Assembly: GCA_009914755.4 (NCBI GenBank)
Contig: CP086569.2
Span: forward strand, 28,608,001-28,672,000
Direction of reading: 5' to 3'
Source: the human T2T-CHM13v2.0 reference genome, Homo sapiens
Length of the DNA: 64,000 nucleotides
The number at the start of each line of letters is the position of its first letter. Position 1 is the first letter of the stretch. The notes beneath the pieces were generated by a model. That model did no database searches. It was not told the origin of the DNA and saw only the letters and a program-made list of their open reading frames with translations. The position numbers were made by a program, and so were the translations under genes. Positions 42,312 through 53,721 of this stretch are shown in pieces.

Positions 42312-45300
42312 CTCGAATGGAAATCACTCGAATAGAATGCAATTTAATAAAATAGGATGAAATGTAATGGAATGGAATGGAAAGGAATCGAAACGAAAGG
42401 AATGGAGACAGATGGAATGGAATGGAACAGAGAGCAATGGTATAGAATGGAATGGAATCATCTGGAATGGAATTGAATGGAATGGAATAATATGAAATGG
42501 AATGGAATGGAATGGAATGCCCTTGAATTAAATGGACTGGAATGGAATGGACTCGAACAGAGTGGAATGGAAAGTGTTGAGATGGAATGGAATGGACTCG
42601 TTTGGAATGGTCTAGTATGCAATGCAATCGACTGGCAGGGAATCAAAAGGAATGTAATCGAATGGATTGGACTGGAATGCAATGGACTCGAATACATTGG
42701 AAACGGAATGCAAAGGAATGGAATGGAATAGTATGGAATGGAATGGAAAGGAATGGAGTGGAATAGACTAGAGTGGAATGGAATGGACTCGAAAGCAATG
42801 GACTGGAATGGAACTTTCTTGAATGGACTGGAATCAAACGGAATGGAATGCAATGCAATCAAATGGCATGGGATAAAATAGAATGAAAGAGAATCAAATG
42901 GAATTGAATCGAATGGAATCGAATGGATTGGAAAGGAATAGAATGGAATGGAATGGAATTGATTCACATGGAATGGACTAGAATGGAATGGATTCGAATG
43001 GAAGGCAAAGGAATGGAATCTATTGGAATGGACTGCAATGGAATGGAATGGAAGGGATTGGAATGGACTCGAATGGAATGGACTGCAATAGAAAGGATTC
43101 GAATGGCATGAAAAAGAATTGAATGGAATAGAACAGAATGGAATCAAATCGAATGAAATGGAATGGAATAGAAAGGAATGGAATGAAATGGAATGGAAAG
43201 GATTCGAATGGAATGCAATCGAATGGAATGGAATCGAACGGAATGGAATAAAATGGAAGCAAACTGGCAAGTAATGGAATCGAAATGAATGGAGTGTTAT
43301 GGATCGGACTCAAAATGAATTGAATGTAATAGAATGGAGTGGAGTGGACTCGAATATAATGGACTGGAATGGAATGAAATCACATGGAATGGGAACGAAT
43401 GGAATGGAATGGAAAGGAATGGAATCGAATGGAAAGGAATCGAATGGAAGGGAATGAAATTGAATCAACAGGAATGGAAGGGAATAGAATAGACGGTAAT
43501 GGAATGGACTCGAATAGAATGGACACGAATGCTCAAATTGAATGGACTCGAATGGAATGGAAACGAAAGGAATGTCATCGAATGGAATTGAATCGATTGG
43601 AATGAAATCGCATAAAATGGAGTGGTATCAAATGGAATTGAATCGAAAGGAAAGGAAGCGAATGGACTGAAATGAAATGGAATGGAATTGAATGGAAAGT
43701 AATGCAATGGAATAGAATGGAACGAAATTTCACGGAATGGAATCAAACTGAATGGAATCAAATCAATGGAATATAATCAAATGGAATGGAAAGGAATTGA
43801 ATGGAGTAGATGGGATTGGATGGGATTGGAATGAAATGTACTGGAAAGGACTCGAATTTCATGAAACGGAATGGAATGAATTGGAATGGAATGGACTCGA
43901 ATGGAATGGAATGTCATGGAATGGCATCAAATGGAATGGCATCAAATGGAATGGAATCGAATGCAATGGAATGCTATGGAATGGAATGGAATGCATTGGA
44001 ATGGAATGTCCTCTAATGGAATGGATTCGAGTGGAATGGAATCGAATATAATGGAGTCGAATGAAATGGAATTGAAAGGAATGGGATCGAATACAATGGA
44101 ATATACTGGAATGTAATGTAATGAACTCGAATGTAATTGACTGGAATGGAATGTACATGAATGGAATGTAATCGAATGGAAAGTAATCCAATGGAATAGA
44201 ATCTAATGCAATAAAATCGATTCAGATAGAGTAGAATGTAATGGAATGGAGTGCAGTGCAATGGAATGGAATGGAATGGAATGCAATGGAATGGAATGGA
44301 ATGCAATGGAATGGGATGGAATGGTATGGAATGGATAGTAATGGACTGGAGTGAAATGGACTGGAAAGGAATGGACTGAAATTGAAAGGGCTCGAAAGGA
44401 ATGGAGTCAAATGGAATGGTCTGGAATGGAATGAACACGAATGTAATGCAATCCAAGAGAATGGAATCGAATGGCATGGAATATAAAGAAATGGAATCGA
44501 AGAGAATGGAAACAAACGGAATGGAATTGAATGGAATGGAATTGAATGGAATGGGAACGAATGGAGTGAAATTGTATGCAGTAGAAGAGAATAGAATGGA
44601 ATGCAAGCGAAAGGAAAGGAATGGATTGGAATGGAATGGAATTCATTGGAATGGAATGGAATTCATTGGAATGGAAGGGAATGTAGTGTAATGGACAGGC
44701 CTGGAATAAAGTGGAATGCTACGGTCTCGAATGGAATAAAAATGTATGGAATGGAATGCAATGAAACGGAATCGAATGTCATAGAATGTAATGGAATGCA
44801 AAAAAATGGAATCCAAAATCATTGACTGGAAAGGCTGGGTTTCGAAAGGAATTGACTCCAATGGAATGGAATCGAATGGAATGGAAGTGAATAGAATCGA
44901 ACTAAATCGAATGGAATGGAATTGATAGGAACGGAATGGAAAGGAATGAAATGATTTGGCATGGAATGGAATCGAATGGCATCGAATGGAATGGAATGGA
45001 ATGCAATGGAATGGAATGTATTAGAATGTAATGAACTTTAATGGAATGTACTCGAATGGATTCGACTGGAATGGAATGTTCTGTAAGTGAATGCACTCCA
45101 ATGGAATGGATCCAAAAGGAATGGAATCATACAGAATGGAATCTAATGGAATGGAATTAAATGGAAATGAATCAAATTGAATAGCACGGAATTGAATTGA
45201 ATGGAATCGAATGCAATTGAATCTAATGAAACGGAAAGGAAAGGAATGGAATGGAATGGAATGGGCTGGAATGGAAAGGAATCGAAACGAATGGAATGGA

Positions 45301-45825
45301 ATCGAACTGAAGAGACTGGAATGGAATGCACTGGAATGGAAGGGAGTGTAATGGAAGGTTCTCGAAAAACATGGAATCGAATGGAATGGAATTGAATGGA
45401 ACGGAATAGAGTCGAATGGAATTGAATGGAATGGAATGGACTAGAGTGAAATGGAATCGTATGGAATGGCATCAAACGGAATGGAATGGACAGCCACGGA
45501 ATGGAATGCACTCGAATGCAATGGAGTCGAAACTAATGGACTGGAGTAGAATGGACTCGACTGGTACGGACTCCAATGGAATGGAATCGAATGGAAGGGA
45601 ATCGAACGGAATGGACTCGAAGGGAAAAGACTGCAATGGAAAGGCCTCGAATGGAATGGAAATTAATGGAATGGAATGGAATCGAATGAAATGGAGTCAA
45701 AAGGAATGGAATCGAATGGCAAGAAATCGAATGTAATGGAATCGCAAGGAATTGATGTGAACGGAACGGAATGGAATGGAATCCAAAGAAATGGAATAGA
45801 ATGGAATGGAATCGAATGGAAAGGA
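42312..45825. repeat. DYZ1-like HOR unit U12 (3514 bp; the same 50-bp deletion plus a 20-bp duplication)
   Basis: Landmark spacing. The 50-bp deletion is near 45452 and the 20-bp tandem duplication is at 44634-44673. Confidence 0.85.
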
Positions 45826-47421
45826 CTCGAATGGAAATCACACGAATAGAATGCAATTTAATAAAATAGGATGAAATGTAATGGAATGGAATGGAAAGGA
45901 ATCGAAACGAAAGGAATGGAGACAGATGGAATGGAATGGAACAGAGAGCAATGGTATAGAATGGAATGGAATCATCTGGAATGGAATTGAATGGAATGGA
46001 ATAATATGAAATGGAATGGAATGGAATGGAATGCCCTTGAATTAAATGGACTGGAATGGAATGGACTCGAACAGAGTGGAATGGAAAGTGTTGAGATAGA
46101 ATGGAATGGACTCGTTTGGAATGGTCTAGTATGCAATGCAATCGACTGGCAGGGAATCAAAAGGAATGTAATCGAATGGATTGGACTGGAATGCAATGGA
46201 CTCGAATAGATTGGAAACGGAATGCAAAGGAATGGAATGGAATAGTATGGAATGGAATGGAAAGGAATGGAGTGGAATAGACTAGAGTGGAATGGAATGG
46301 ACTCGAAAGCAATGGACTGGAATGGAACTTTCTTGAATGGACTGGAATCAAACGGAATGGAATGCAATGCAATCAAATGGCATGGAATAAAATAGAATGA
46401 AAGAGAATCAAATGGAATTGAATCGAATGGAATCGAATGGATTGGAAAGGAATAGAATGGAATGGAATGGAATTGACTCAAATGGAATGGACTAGAATGG
46501 AATGGATTCGAATGGAAGGCAAAGGAATGGAATCTATTGGAATGGACTGCAATGGAATGGAATGTATTAGAATGTAATGAACTTTAATGGAATGTACTCG
46601 AATGGATTCGACTGGAATGGAATGTTCTGGAAGTGAATGGACTCCAATGGAATGGATTCGAAAGGAATGGAATCGAACAGAATGGAATCTAATGGACTGG
46701 AATTAAATGGAAATGAATCAAATTGAATAACACGGAATTGAATTGAATGGAATCGAATGCAATGGAATCTAATGAAACGGAAAGGAAAGGAATGGAATGG
46801 AATGGAATGGGCTGGAATGGAATGGAATCGAAACGAATGGAATGGAATCGAACTGAAGAGACTGGAATGGAATGCACTGGAATGGAAGGGAGTGTAATGG
46901 AAGGTTCTCGAAAAAAATGGAATCGAATGGAATGGAATTGAATGGAACGGAATAGAGTCGAATGGAATTGAATGGAATGGAATGGATTAGAGTGAAATGG
47001 AATCGAACCACAAGGAATGGACAGGAATAGAATGGTCTCGAATTGAACGGAATCGTATGGAATGGCATCAAACGGAATGGAATGGACAGCCACGGAATGG
47101 AATGCACTCGAATGCAATGGAGTCGAAACTAATGGACTGGAATAGAATGGACTCGACTGGTACGGACTCCAATGGAATGGAATCGAATGGAAGGGAATCG
47201 AACGGAATGGACTCGAAGGGAAAAGACTGCAATGTAAAGGTCTCGAATGGAATGGAAATTAATGGAATGGAATGGAATCGAATGAAATGGAGTCAAAAGG
47301 AATGGAATCGAATGGCAAGAAATCGAATGTAATGGAATCGCAAGGAATTGATGTGAACGGAACGGAATGCAATGGAATCCAAAGGAATGGAATAGAATGG
47401 AATGGAATCGAATGGAAAGGA
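45826..47421. repeat. DYZ1-like HOR unit U13, an internally deleted variant (1596 bp; ~1.94 kb missing)
   Basis: The unit follows the consensus up to 46549-46564 ('gcaatggaatggaatg', about unit offset 723). It then continues at about unit offset 2677 ('tattagaatgtaatgaactttaatgg'). The same 16-mer occurs at both breakpoints in full-length units. Confidence 0.8.
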
Positions 47422-50400
47422 CTCGAATGGAAATCACTCGAATAGAATGCAATTTAATAAAATAGGATGAAATGTAATGGAATGGAATGGAAAGGAATCG
47501 AAACGAAAGGAATGGAGACAGATGGAATGGAATGGAACAGAGAGCAATGGTATAGAATGGAATGGAATCATCTGGAATGGAATTGAATGGAATGGAATAA
47601 TATGAAATGGAATGGAATGGAATGGAATGCCCTTGAATTAAATGGACTGGAATGGAATGGACTCGAACAGAGTGGAATGGAAAGTGTTGAGATAGAATGG
47701 AATGGACTCGTTTGGAATGGTCTAGTATGCAATGCAATCGACTGGCAGGGAATCAAAAGGAATGTAATCGAATGGATTGGACTGGAATGCAATGGACTCG
47801 AATAGATTGGAAACGGAATGCAAAGGAATGGAATGGAATAGTATGGAATGGAATGGAAAGGAATGGAGTGGAATAGACTAGAGAAGAATGGAATGGACTC
47901 GAAAGCAATGGACTGGAATGGAACTTTCTTGAATGGACTGGAATCAAACGGAATGGAATGCAATGCAATCAAATGGCATGGAATAAAATAGAATGAAAGA
48001 GAATCAAATGGAATTGAATCGAATGGAATCGAATGGATTGGAAAGGAATAGAATGGAATGGAATGGAATTGACTCAAATGGAATGGACTGGAATGGAATG
48101 GATTCGAATGGAAGGCAAAGGAATGGAATCTATTGGAATGGACTGTAATGGAATGAAATGGAAGGGATTGGAATGGACTCGAATGGAATGGACTGCAATA
48201 GAAAGGATTCGAATGGAATGAAAAAGAATTGAATGGAATAGAACAGAATGGAATCAAATCGAATGAAATGGAATGGAATAGAAAGGAATGGAATGAAATG
48301 GAATGGAAAGGATTCGAATGGAATGCAATCGAATGGAATGGAATCGAACGGAATGGAATAAAATGGAAGAAAACTGGCAAGAAATGGAGTCGAAATGAAT
48401 GGAGTGTTATGGAACGGACTCAAAAGGAATTGAATGTAATAGAATGGAGTGGAGTGGACTCGAATATAATGGACTGCAATGGAATGAAATCACATGGAAT
48501 GGGAACGAATGGAATGGAATGGAAAGGAATGGAATCGAATGGGAAGGAATCGAATGGAAGGGAATGAAATTGAATCAACAGGAATGGAAGGGAATAGAAT
48601 AGACGGTAATGGAATGGACTCGAATAGAATGGACACGAATCCTCAAATTGAATGGACTCGAAAGGAATGGAAACGAAAGGAATGTCATCGAATGGAATTG
48701 AATCGATTGGAATGAAATCGCATAGAGTGGAGTGGAATCAAATGGAATTGAATCGAAAGGAAAGGAAGCGAATGGACTGAAATGAAATGGAATGGAATTG
48801 AATGGAAAGTAATGCAATGGAATAGAATGGAACGAAATATCACGGAATGGAATCAAACTGAATGGAATCAAATCAATGGAATATAATCAAATGGAATGGA
48901 AAGGAATTGAATGCAGTAGATTGGATTGGATGGGATTGGAATGAAATGTACTGGAAAGGACTCGAATTTCATGAAACGGAATGGAATGAATTGGAACGGA
49001 ATGGACTCGAATGGAATGGAATGTCATGGAATGGCATCAAATGGAATGGCATCAAATGGAATGGAATCGAATGCAATGGAATGCTATGGAATGGAATGGA
49101 ATGCATTGGATGGAATGTCCTCTAATGGAATGGATTCGAGTGGAATGGAATCGAATATAATGGAGTCGAATGAAATGGAATTGAAAGGAATGGGATCGAA
49201 TACAATGGAATATACTGGAATGTAATGTAATGAACTCGAATGTAATTGACTGGAATGGAATGTACATGAATGGAATGTAATCGAATGGAAAGTAATCCAA
49301 TGGAATAGAATGTAATGCAATAAAATCGACTCAGATAGAGTAGAATGTAATGGAATGGAGTGCAGTGCAATGGAATGGAATGGAATGGAATGGAATGGAA
49401 TGGAATGGAATGGGATGGAATGGTATGGAATGGATAGTAATGGACTGGAGTGAAATGGACTGGAAAGGAATGGACTCAAATTGAAAGGGCTCGAAAGGAA
49501 TGGAGTCAAATGGAATGGTCTGGAATGGAATGAACACGAATGTAATGCAATCCAATAGAATGGAATCGAATGGCATGGAATATAAAGAAATGGAATCGAA
49601 GAGAATGGAAACAAACGGAATGGAATTGAATGGAATGGAATCGAATGGAATGGGAACGAATGGAGTGAAATTGTATGCAGTAGAAGAGAATAGAATGGAA
49701 TGCAAGCGAAAGGAAAGGAATGGATTGGAATGGAATGGAATTCATTGGAATGGAAGGGAATGTAGTGTAATGGACAGGCCTGGAATAAAGTGGAATGCTA
49801 CGGTCTCGAATGGAATAAAAATGTATGGAATGGAATGCAATGAAACGGAATCGAATGTCATAGAATGTAATGGAATGCAAAAAAATGGACTCCAAAATCA
49901 TTGACTGGAAAGGCTGGGGGTCGAAAGGAATTGACTCCAATGGAATGGAATCGAATGGAATGGAAGTGAATAGAATCGAACTAAATCGAATGGAATGGAA
50001 TTGATAGGAACGGAATGGAAAGGAATGCAATGATTTGGCATGGGATGGAATCGAATGGCATCGAATGGAATGGAATGGAATGCAATGGAATGGAATGTAT
50101 TAGAATGTAATGAACATTAATGGAATGAACTCCAATGGATTCGACTGGAATGGAATGTTCTGGAAGTGAATGCACTCCAATGGAATGGATTCGAAAGGAA
50201 TGGAATCGAACGGAATGGAATCTAATGGACTGAAATTAAATGGAAATGAATCAAATTGAATAGCACGGAATTGAATTGAATGGAATCGAATGCAATGGAA
50301 TCTAATGAAACGGAAAGGAAAGGAATGGAATGGAATGGAATGGGCTGGAATGGAATGGAATCGAAACGAATGGAATGGAATCGAACTGAAGAGACTGGAA

Positions 50401-50953
50401 TGGAATGCACTGGAATGGAAGGGAGTGTAATGGAAGGTTCTCGAAAAAATGGAATCGAATGGAATGGAATTGAATGGAACGGAATAGAGTCGAATGGAAT
50501 TGAATGGAATGGAATGGACTAGAGTGAAATGGAATCGAACCAAAAGGAATGGACAGGAATAGAATGGTCTCGAATTGAATGGAATCGTATGGAATGGCAT
50601 CAAACGGAATGGAATGGACAGCCACGGAATGGAATGCACTCGAATGCAATGGAGTCGAAACTAATGGACTGGAATAGAATGGACTCGACTGGTACGGACT
50701 CCAATGGCATGGAATCGAATGGAATGGAATCGAACGGAATGGACTCGAAGTGAAAAGACTGCAATGGAAAGGTCTCGAATGGAATGGAAATTAATGGAAT
50801 GGAATGGAATCGAATGAAATGGGGTCAAATGGATTGGAATCGAATGTCAAGGAATCGAATGTTATGGAATCGCAAGGAATTGATATGAACGGAACGGAAT
50901 GGAATGGAATCCAAAGGAATGGAATAGAATGGGATGGAATCGAATGGAAAGGA
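47422..50953. repeat. DYZ1-like HOR unit U14 (3532 bp, more diverged)
   Basis: Landmark spacing. There are many private substitutions between 50100 and 50900. Confidence 0.85.
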
Positions 50954-52075
50954 CTCGAATGGAAATCACTCGAATAGAATGCAATTTAATAAAATAGGAT
51001 CAAATGTAATGGAATGGAATGGAAAGGAATCGAAACGAAAGGAATGGAGACACATGAAATGGAATGGAACAGAGAGCAATGGTATAGAATGGAATGGAAT
51101 CATCTGGAATGGAATTGAATGGAATGGAATAACATGAAATGGAATGGAATGGAATGGAATGCCCTTGAATTAAATGGACTGGAATGGAATGGACTCGAAC
51201 AGAGTGGAATGGAAAGTGTTGAAATAGAATGGAATGGACTCCTTTGGAATGGTCTAGTATGCAATGCAATCGACTAGCACGGAATCAAAAGGAATGTAAT
51301 CGAATGGATTGGACTGGAATGCAATGGACTCGAATAGATTGGAAACGGAATGCAAAGGAATGGAATGGAATAGTATGGAATGGAATGGAAAGGAATGGAG
51401 TGGAATAGACTAGAGTGGAATGGAATGGACTCGAAAGCAATGGACTGGAATGGAACTTTCTTGAATGGACTGGAATCAAACGGAATGGAATGCAATGCAA
51501 TCAAATGGCATGGAATAAAATAGAATGAAAGAGAATCAAATGGAATTGAATCGAATGGAATCGAATGGATTTGAAAGGAATAGAATGGAATGGAATGGAA
51601 TTGACTCAAATGGAATGGACTAGAATGGAATGGATTCGAATGGAAGGCAAAGGAATGGAATCTATTGGAATGGACTGTAATGGAATGGAATGGAAGGGAT
51701 TGGAATGGACTCGAATGGAATGGACTGCAATAGAAAGCATACGAATGGAATGAAAAACAATTGAATGGAATAGAACAGAATGGAATCAAATCGAATGAAA
51801 TGGAATGGAATAGAAAGGAATGGAAGGAAATGGAATGGAAAGGATTCGAATGGAATGCAATCGAATGGAATGGAATCGAACGCAATGGAATAAAATGGAA
51901 GAAAACTGGCAAGAAATGGAATTGAAATGAATGGAGTGTTACGGAACGGACTCAAAAGGAATTGAATGTAATAGAATGGAGTGGAGTGGACTCGAATATA
52001 ATGGACTGGAATGGAATGAAATCACATGGAATGGGAACGAATGGAATGCAATGGAAAGGAATGGAATCGAATATA
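50954..52075. repeat. DYZ1-like HOR unit U15, a partial unit (first ~1122 bp) truncated at the array junction
   Basis: The landmark is at 50954. The unit ends at about consensus offset 1117 ('ggaatggaatcgaat'), where TA-rich sequence begins. It is visibly more diverged than interior units. Confidence 0.8.
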
Positions 52076-53429
52076 TCATATATAGAATATATTATACGGT
52101 TAATATACGTATTAAATATAAATTATACATTATATATACTATATATAATATATCTGTTATATATAATACCCATTATACATAATATATATATTATGTCTAT
52201 ATTATATATAGTATAAAACAACATATAATAATATATAATTGTATATATAAAATGTGACATATAATATATATTATATTTTATGACATATGTAATATATATT
52301 ATATATTATGTATAATACGTTGTATGTATAATACCTATATTAATTATATATTATATGACTATGTTATTAATTACATGTCACATATACATATATTATATAT
52401 TTTACATGGAATATACCGGTTACATATAATATATACTATGTTACCTATAATGTATAATTTATTACATGTAATATAATGAATGTCATATATTATATATAAT
52501 TTATAATATTCAATATGTGGAATGTGATATATATAACATATAATATATGATATATGATATACAGTATATGATATATAACATACAATTTATGATACCTAAT
52601 ATATATGGTATACAATATATATTTTATGAAAAGTATTCTATATGTTTTATATTCTGTTATATATAACTATTTGAAATTATATATAACTGTATAATATTTT
52701 ATGTAAATATGTAATATAATATATATAACCATATAATATATTATATATAACTATATATTATGGTATATATACTTTTATAACATAATTTACATAAAATATC
52801 ATAATATAATATATATTATATTATTTCATATTACATAATATATATTACATATCACCAAATATAAGTAACATACATAATATTAAAATATAGTTTATATTAT
52901 GTTATATTAAATATCATATATATCATGTATCATATGTTCTATAATATATGTTATACATTATATAATATGTATGTTGTCTATTATGTGATATATATAACTA
53001 TATATATAATTATATTATTATACATATAACTACATAAACATGTAATTCTATATATTTTCATTTATAATATATAGAATTATATAATCATATATAATTATTT
53101 ATATTCTATAAAAAATTATATCATTATATAAATTATAATATATAAAAATTATATTATGTACTAAAAATATATATATTATATATCATATATGATATAGTAC
53201 CTTTGTTATATATCATATTACATATAAAGGTATATTATGTTATCTATAGTTATATAATTTCATATATAAGATGTATAATATGTATTATATATTATATAAG
53301 TTATGCAATTTATATAGTATATATAAGATGACACAGGATAAATATTTTATACTAAGACATATAAAATATATGAGGTTATATGTTACATATAAGGCATAGC
53401 ACATAAACTGTAATATATATCATATATAA

Positions 53430-53721
53430 TTTTTTTTTAGACAGACTCTTGTCCTGTTGCACAGGGTGGAGTACAATGTCGCCATCTTTGCTCACTGCAA
53501 CATCTGCCTCACGGCTCCAAACGATTGTCCTCCCTCAGCCTCCCAGGTAGCTGGGACTACACCACACTGGGACTACACCATCTGCCACCATGCCTAGCTA
53601 ATTTTTTGGATTTTTAGTAGTGACAGCCTTTCACTGTATTGGCCAGGATGGCCTTGATCTCTTCACCTTGTGATCCCCTTGCCTTGGCCTCCAAATTTGC
53701 TGGGATTACAGGCCTGAGCCA
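53430..53721 (-). mobile_element. Alu SINE (antisense, CpG-decayed, nearly full length) embedded in DYZ2-like unit D1
   Basis: The + strand reads 'tttttttttagacagactcttgtcctgttgcacagggtggagtacaatg...gctcactgcaac...cctcccaggtagctgggactaca...gctaattttttggatttttagtagtgacag...ttggcctccaaatttgctgggattacaggcctgagcca'. This is the reverse complement of the Alu consensus, with the poly-A tail appearing as poly-T. The 5' ~12 nt are not recognisable. Confidence 0.9.

Larger units (their letters stand above)
1..52075. repeat. HSat3 (Human Satellite III) array of a (GGAAT)n-derived satellite, organised as a ~3.53-kb higher-order repeat; consistent with Y-chromosome DYZ1
   Basis: The + strand is an almost continuous run of ggaat/aatgg pentamers and simple derivatives such as cgaat, gcaat, ggact, ggagt and gaaat. 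Landmark strings recur at 3529-bp spacing: the 147..959 ORF recurs at 3676, 7175, 10704, 14233 and so on. The landmark 'ctcgaatggaaatcactcgaatagaatgcaatttaataaaatag' occurs once per unit. The 3.5-kb pentameric HOR matches the published description of DYZ1, the ~3.4-3.56-kb HaeIII repeat of Yq12. Confidence 0.9.

Noticed and set aside
147-51955. Hundreds of 60-320-aa ORFs on both strands across the pentameric satellite. On the + strand they read like 'MEWNGMEWNALELNG...', and on the - strand like 'IPFHSIPFHS...'.
   Set aside because: They are frame translations of (GGAAT)n and its variants. The repeat unit lacks TAA, TAG and TGA in some frames, so long open frames are unavoidable. The peptides have 5-residue periodicity (W-N-G-M-E or I-P-F-H-S), overlap each other in multiple frames and on both strands, and repeat with the 3.5-kb HOR. 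There is no start or stop context, no codon-usage signal, and no non-repeat sequence. They are not genes.
1-52075. Alternative calls for the pentameric array: alpha-satellite centromere, HSat2, or telomeric or subtelomeric repeat.
   Set aside because: There is no 171-bp monomer periodicity, no CENP-B box (TTCGnnnnAnnCGGG), and no TTAGGG runs. HSat2 is a more degenerate CATTCGATTCCATTC-type repeat without a clean 3.5-kb HOR. Here, pure GGAAT runs and a 3.53-kb HOR abutting a 2.4-kb Alu-containing TA-rich repeat fit HSat3/DYZ1 and DYZ2. I cannot rule out an HSat3 array on an autosome (for example 9q12, 1q12, 15p or 21p) from sequence alone. The DYZ2-like neighbour is what makes Yq12 the preferred assignment.
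52076-53429. The TA-rich segment as a replication origin or promoter/TATA-box cluster.
   Set aside because: AT-richness alone is not evidence of either. The segment is part of a tandemly repeated heterochromatic unit with no downstream gene, so no regulatory-site call is made.
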